In this document: positions 34,411 to 39,907 of the stretch, piece after piece
How positions within the stretch are numbered: the first letter of the stretch is position 1
Layout: every line of letters starts with the position of its first letter
NCBI GenBank assembly: GCA_031835245.2
Contig: JAVKOQ020000114.1
Coordinates: 124,001-163,907, forward strand
Length of the DNA: 39,907 nt
Direction of reading: 5' to 3'
From: Balamuthia mandrillaris
Lineage: Eukaryota
Translations under genes and position numbers: made by a program
The notes under the pieces: generated by a model
Database searches by the model: none
What the model saw: the letters and a program-made list of their open reading frames with translations, nothing else
What the model was told of the DNA's origin: nothing

Positions 34411-35754
34411 ATGTTTAAGCAGGTGTGGAAGAAGAAAGAGGTGAGGAAGGAGGAGAGAAGCGCCGACAAGCTGCAAAAGACTCAAAGGCGCAAAGAGCGA
34501 GGTCCGGTGGTCGAGCCCGCCACTTTGTTAGGCCCCTTCGAGGTGTTGCCGCTGGAATTGTTGAGTTACGTGGTGGAGCTCCACGGTGACGATGTACACT
34601 ACTTATTGGCATTGAGCAGCCTCAACTCGGAGTGGCGAGCCCTTGTGGACACCCCACGAACGTGGAAACGAGTCTTTGCCAGCCGCTTTCCCTCTCACTG
34701 TGAGTCTATCGCCTGGGTATGTGTTGCTTTCTTTTTTTATTTTCCCATCATTCAAAAAGTAGTAATCTTGGCCAAACCACTACTTTTCTTAAAAAAAAAA
34801 AACAGGTGGTGAGCAATGGGCTGTGGAGAGACAAGAGCCGCAAGGCAACCACAACAACGACAACAACAACGACAACACAAAGCTTTCCGTGGAAGGAGCA
34901 GCTGAAAGCAACCTCGCGCTGCCCCTTTGCCAGCCGCTACCAATGCAAAGAGGTGGCCCTGCCCCACCTCAACGACGCCTACAAGTACTATTCCTTTCGT
35001 GGGAGCGTGGGCGTGAGCGGCCAGGCCGCTGGCCGATGGTACTTTGAGGTGGAGGTGCTGCGCACCAACGGACACCCTAACATGCAGCTCGGTTGGCTCA
35101 CCAATGCCTTTACCGTTAACCTTGCGGTTTGTTATTTATTCTTTTTTTTTCTAAGTTTTACTTTCTTTCTCGCTTCCTCTTTTGTTCTTTCTCTACCTTC
35201 TCTTTGATGTTCACCGCAAACTATGCTCGATGTTGCAGCAACACTATGGTGTGGGCGATGATGCATTCTCTTGGGGCTATGACGGCTTCAGGAAGTCGTT
35301 GTATTACAAGAGCAAGGGAGCCACTGGCTATTCCCATCCCTGGAAAAATGGAGACCGTGTTGGTTGTTGCCTTGACCTCGACAACTCCACCATTTCCTAT
35401 TTTATCAATGGTGCTCTCTCTCTTTTCTTTCTTCATGTTCTGCTGTGCTAATCCTATTATTGTTGAAACTGTTATTGAACAGGAAAAAGCCTGGGAGTGG
35501 CATTCAGGAAGGTCAAGGCCTCCGCTGGCGAGTTCTTTTATCCGGGCGTAACTTACTACGGTGGCTACTTTCCAACGATAATCCCAAACGATGTCCAACC
35601 CTCTGCATCCGGCCAACAGCACAACGTCAGCATCGGCGTTCACTTTATCTTCGAGCCGGATCACTTCAAGTATGGTCTGCCACAAGGCTGTCTTCCTCTT
35701 AGCCACCTTGCTGCTGACCCACAACAGATTCGCATCCTCTACTGCGCTTCATGA
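34411..35754 (+). CDS. F-box + SPRY domain protein, paralog 1 (4 exons)
   Basis: LPLELLSYVV...LSSLNSEWRALV F-box; GRWYFEVEVL, MQLGW, GVGDDAFSWGYDG, WKNGDRVGCCLDLD SPRY. Confidence 0.88.
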
Positions 35755-35756
35755 TG

Positions 35757-35798
<42 letters not shown>

Positions 35799-35851
35799 AT
35801 CTCTTCTGTCCAATAAAACTAGTCACGTCGTCACGAAAACAAGCATGCAAG

Positions 35852-37137
35852 ATGAGAGAGGAAGGAAGGACGTGGCTGGGTGCTTTCGAGGTGTTGCCGT
35901 TGGAGCTCATCTCCCACATCGTGGAGCAACGGGCTGACGATGTGAGCTTTGTGTGGACGATGTGTAGCCTAAATAGCGAGTGGCGCCGCCTTCTCGACAC
36001 TTCCCAAACCTGGAAACGGGTCTTTGCGGCCCACTTTCCATCACAGTATGCTTCGCTGCGTTGGGTTTGTCACTCCCTCTCTGGAAACCTTACAAGGGGC
36101 TGCTTTTCTGACCGAACAGTGAAAGCAAAGGTGGTAGGACATGGCCTATGGAAGACAACCTCGACGGAGAGAACCCCACAAAAATTCCCATGGAAACAAC
36201 AGCTGATAGCAACGCTGCGTTGCCCTCTCGCCCGCGTCTACCTCCCGGAGGAGCAGGCTCGCCGCTTTTTAAAGGTCTACAGATACCACACCTTTCGCGT
36301 TGATGTGGGCGTGAGCTGTCAGGCCACTGGTCGATGGTACTTTGAGGTGGAGTTACTGCACACCACTGGGCATCCCAACATGCAGCTCGGTTGGCTTACC
36401 AACCCTTTTGATGTTGACTCTCGGGTTAGTTCTCCTGCTTGTTTTCCAACTGGAGAGCAAAGAGCGAGAGCACAAGCAGAGAAGCACAGGTGACAGCGAA
36501 CAAGAGAACAGAGAAGTGGGAGCGGAGAGCAGAGAGAGGAGAGAAGAACCAATAATTCAAGTGCTAACCAAAGCGAAGCTGCACTATGGAGTAGGCGATG
36601 ACTCACATTCATGGGGTTTTGATGGCTTCCGGTTGATGCGTTATCACAACGGGAAGCAGCTCCGTGACTATGGTGAGAGGCAATGGCAAAATGGAGACCG
36701 CATAGGCTGCTGTTTAGACCTTGACGCTTCCACCATCTCCTATTATCTTAATGGTAAGCATCCCTGCTGAGTGGTCTTTCTATCTTTTGCGTCTCTGATC
36801 CACCTAAACAGGGCGTTCTCTGGGAGTGGCTTTCAGTTCAGTAACTGAAGACCAACCAAATGGAAGCTTCTTCTATCCCGGTGTTACCTACTATGGAGGC
36901 TACTTCCCTACCATCATATCCAACCAGAGCCCCCATCATTGTCAACAGCGAGCAAAACTAGATGACTATCCATCCCTTGTTTCTTCCGATGAGAAGACAC
37001 ACAGTGTGAGTATAGGCGTTCGCTTTGTCTTCGATGCAGACGAATTCTGCCATTCCACGTTGCTGGACCAAGGCGTTATGCCGTTGACGCTTCTGTATGG
37101 CTCTGCTTCTCAACCCGCCATCCTACTCTGTACCTAG
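35852..37137 (+). CDS. F-box + SPRY domain protein, paralog 2 (4 exons)
   Basis: Same motifs (LPLELISHIV, GRWYFEVELL, GVGDDSHSWGFDG, FFYPGVTYYGGYFPTII) and introns at the same three positions. Confidence 0.88.
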
Positions 37138-37508
37138 CTCGTCTGCTGCAAGAGCAGGCCTGGAACTACCTGGTTCAACAGACCACAAAACCTTACAGCG
37201 TGGTGCGTTGTCCCTCTCGCCCTATTATTCATTTAAATTTGCTCACAACCTTTCTCAGAGGGTGAACCTATGAGGGAGGCATATTCCTTTCGGCAAATAA
37301 GGTTGTGCGACGGTTCACCAAACTGTGATTGTTCTCAAAATACCACTCCTTTCGCAACTGCGATTGGCTATTCGCAACCCCTTGTCACTCGAATAAGGTC
37401 TGTTTTAGGTAAAACAAAATTTGCAAGACTCTATCCGCAACGAAAGTTCTGCAGCCTTCCATTCACCCTCTCTCCCTTTGTTTTTTTTGGACAGGAAAAG
37501 CAAACAAT

Positions 37509-38589
37509 ATGGTGAGGAACTCTTGTGTCGCGAGGGTGGCGCTGCTCCTTGCTTGCGTCTTGTTAGCGATAAGTTTGGGCTCGGCAGAGTTGTTAGAAAC
37601 CTCCACTCGCTCCTTTCGTGAGGCTACTAGAAGAGAGCTTGCCGCCGCTGACAACACTACTCGCAACCGACCCGAGTTCCCAGACTCTGCTTCGGAAATC
37701 AAAGATGCGCTGCTGAATGCCCTCGTCAAGGCCAAACGCTTGTATGATGACTCTGAGAAAGGAATGCAAGTAGGAGTGGGTGTAGCAGTGGATATTGGTG
37801 GTGAGATCACTGTACAAGTGGGGCACGGCCAGGCTAGAAGATCTGAGGATAACGACGGGAAACCCATGAAGGTGAACGAGCACACGAGGTTCTTCTTTGG
37901 TTCTAACACCAAGACCGTGACTGCTGCTTTGACCATGAAGTACCTTCAGGTTTTTCTTCCCCTTCGTTTTTCTAAATTCGTGGTGTATATGTGCACACGC
38001 TCTTGTTTGTGTTTGTGTTGTTCGCAAGGCGTATTGGTGTTTGCTCACTTCTGCAGTTTTAGCCTTAACCTACAACCGCTACAACAGGAAGGCATGATAA
38101 GCCTGGACGACGACCTGAAGGAATATCTTTCAACTGAGTTGACCTCACGTTACAAATATCCTGGCGACATAACACTGACCGACCTGCTTAGGCACACGTC
38201 CGGTCTTAAGGAGTACTTATCGTTCAGCGGTGTCAATGTCACAAACGTGTGGACCATGGAGGAGCTTGCCTTGCACGGTCCTGCCGGCAACGAGGCAAAA
38301 CCACCAACGGCCTATGAGTACCGCAACACCAACTACTTATTGTTGGGTTTAATCTGCAGGATTCTTGCCGAAGAGCGAGACACGGTTGTTTTGGAGCAGC
38401 CTCTCTATGAGGACTTGGTGGGGGAGTTTGGAGAATCTGCTGAAGCACTTCAAAGCTGGGAGTTTCCTTTGGAGTTCCATTGGAGCTATGAAAGTGCGAG
38501 CAACGCCTATGAGGAAACCGAAGATGGTTCATATGGCCCTCTGTATCTCCCTTTCCCTCTCTTGATCTCCTCCCTCCCTTCCTCTCTTC

Positions 38590-38620
<31 letters not shown>

Positions 38621-39251
38621 TCGTTCTAGTTTCGTCTTTTATCTTCTCCACTCCGTTATTTCAGCAAAAGCTTCCTAACATCTCTACTCTGATCCCGTAA
38701 AAAGGTGACATTGTCAATATCAACAGCCCACCAAACAGCAAGTTTTCTCCTTCCCTTCCCTCATCAGCAGGAAACATACTCTCTCGCCCATACGACATGG
38801 TCAAATTCTACCATCGCCTTTTTGGAGCCCGTGACCTCATATCCTCTGAAAATGTGGATAAGATGATAGACTTTGGGGAAGACGGCACTAAATACGGCTT
38901 CGGCGTAATTTCTTTTAATTCAGTTCTTGATAGGGACTATTTATCGGCCATTAACATAACGGCATACGGTCATGATGGCAAGTGGTTGGCATGGGTATTA
39001 CTTTCTTTCTTGCCTCTTTTTCCTTTCTCCGTTGATGAACTGAGGAGACTAAATAATACTTCTGTTGTTAATTATCGTAGGAATCTTACTGTCTGTACAT
39101 CCCTGAGTTGGATGTTTCATTTGCTTTTGCCAGCAATGTTGAGGAGTATAATTCTTTAACTGTGGCCATGAGCACTCTTGACTTTTTCCTTGAGGCTTTC
39201 GAAGCCGGGAGCGACTCCTCCTCTTCTTCATTGCACCCTTGGTGGTGGTAA
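37509..39251 (+). CDS. Secreted beta-lactamase-family (class C / D-Ala-D-Ala peptidase-like) serine hydrolase, paralog 1, about 4 exons
   Basis: Signal peptide; FFFGSNTK (SxxK), ITLTDLLRHTSGL, YEYRNTNY (YxN), YGHDG; last exon ESYCLYIPELDVSFAFASN...HPWWW*. Confidence 0.88.
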
Positions 39252-39324
39252 ACAATAAAACAACCCCCTTTCGTGCATTGTGCGCCTTCTACGAGTTCCG
39301 CCCAGCGAGAGAAGAACGGACGCA

Positions 39325-39907
39325 ATGACTTCCAGAAGCGTGTCTGGCCTAAAGGTGGCCCTGCTCGTTGCTTGCTTCCTGGTGACCTGCTTGCTCGGCT
39401 CTACAACGGCAAGTCGCAACAGACCTGAGTTTCCTGTGGACTCCGAAGCCATTAGGGAGGCGCTGCTTGACGCCCTCGAAGAGGCCAAGGGCTTGTACGC
39501 CCCTACTGAGGAAGGCATGAAGGCAGGAACGGCTGTGGCGGTCGACATTGGAGGTGGGCTCACCGTGCAAGTGGGACATGGCCATGCCCGAAGAGCCGAA
39601 GACACGGATGGAGAGGCGGTGCTTGCCGATGAATACACGAGGTACTTCTTTGGTTCGAACACCAAGACCGTGACTGCTGCTTTAGTTCTCAAGTACCTGC
39701 AGGTTTTCTTTGCTTTCATTTTCAAGCCTTTAACTTTGTCGGCGTTCATTTTCGCTAATGCTGCGTATGCGCTTTATTTATTCCTTTTACCTAACAGAAA
39801 GAAATGATTTCAAGTCTAGACGACAACTTGGCCAGCTACCTTCCCGATGAACTTGCCGTACGCTATGCACACGCGAAACAAATAACCCTAACCGATCTAT
39901 TGAGACA
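39325..39907 (+). CDS. Secreted beta-lactamase-family serine hydrolase, paralog 2 (cut off by window end)
   Basis: Signal peptide; RNRPEFP..S..I..ALL.AL, VQVGHG.ARR.ED.DG and FFGSNTKTVTAAL..KYLQ shared with paralog 1; intron at the same position. Confidence 0.88.

Noticed and set aside
38978..38995. GC donor G|GCAAGT in beta-lactamase paralog 1
   Set aside because: It gives the wrong phase; TGG|GTATTA joins correctly to the final exon
37509..39907. Bacterial contamination or a resistance cassette
   Set aside because: The genes carry host-style spliceosomal introns and have no mobile-element hallmarks

Overview
Gene-dense, intron-rich eukaryotic nuclear DNA. It is probably from an amoebozoan protist (inferred from gene content, short GT-AG introns packed with CT/CTT/TTG microsatellites and often very short intergenic gaps). 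About 22 spliced or single-exon genes can be reconstructed. In order: Sec22, CtBP-like dehydrogenase, CPI-motif proline-rich actin regulator, ankyrin protein, dynactin p27, KRTCAP2, sigma-like GST, NDUFB4, a long tail-anchored coiled-coil protein, NRK-like kinase, tocopherol-cyclase-like protein, QNG1, NDUFAF1/CIA30, STK19, an MT-A70 fusion gene, an HDEL orphan, TDA3-like oxidoreductase, RFX, two tandem F-box/SPRY genes and two tandem beta-lactamase-family hydrolases. The standout is a 4-exon minus-strand gene (25425-29292). It joins, in frame, two AT-hooks, a p1/AMTP1-type Myb-like domain and an MTA9/AMT6-7-type MT-A70 domain that keeps DPPW, so two subunits of the eukaryotic DNA 6mA methyltransferase complex appear fused. 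Other notable items are a KASH-like tail (...LEWLPPH*), a CPI motif assembled only after splicing, micro-exons and frequent AAG splice acceptors. All family assignments are from recalled motifs, not database searches.
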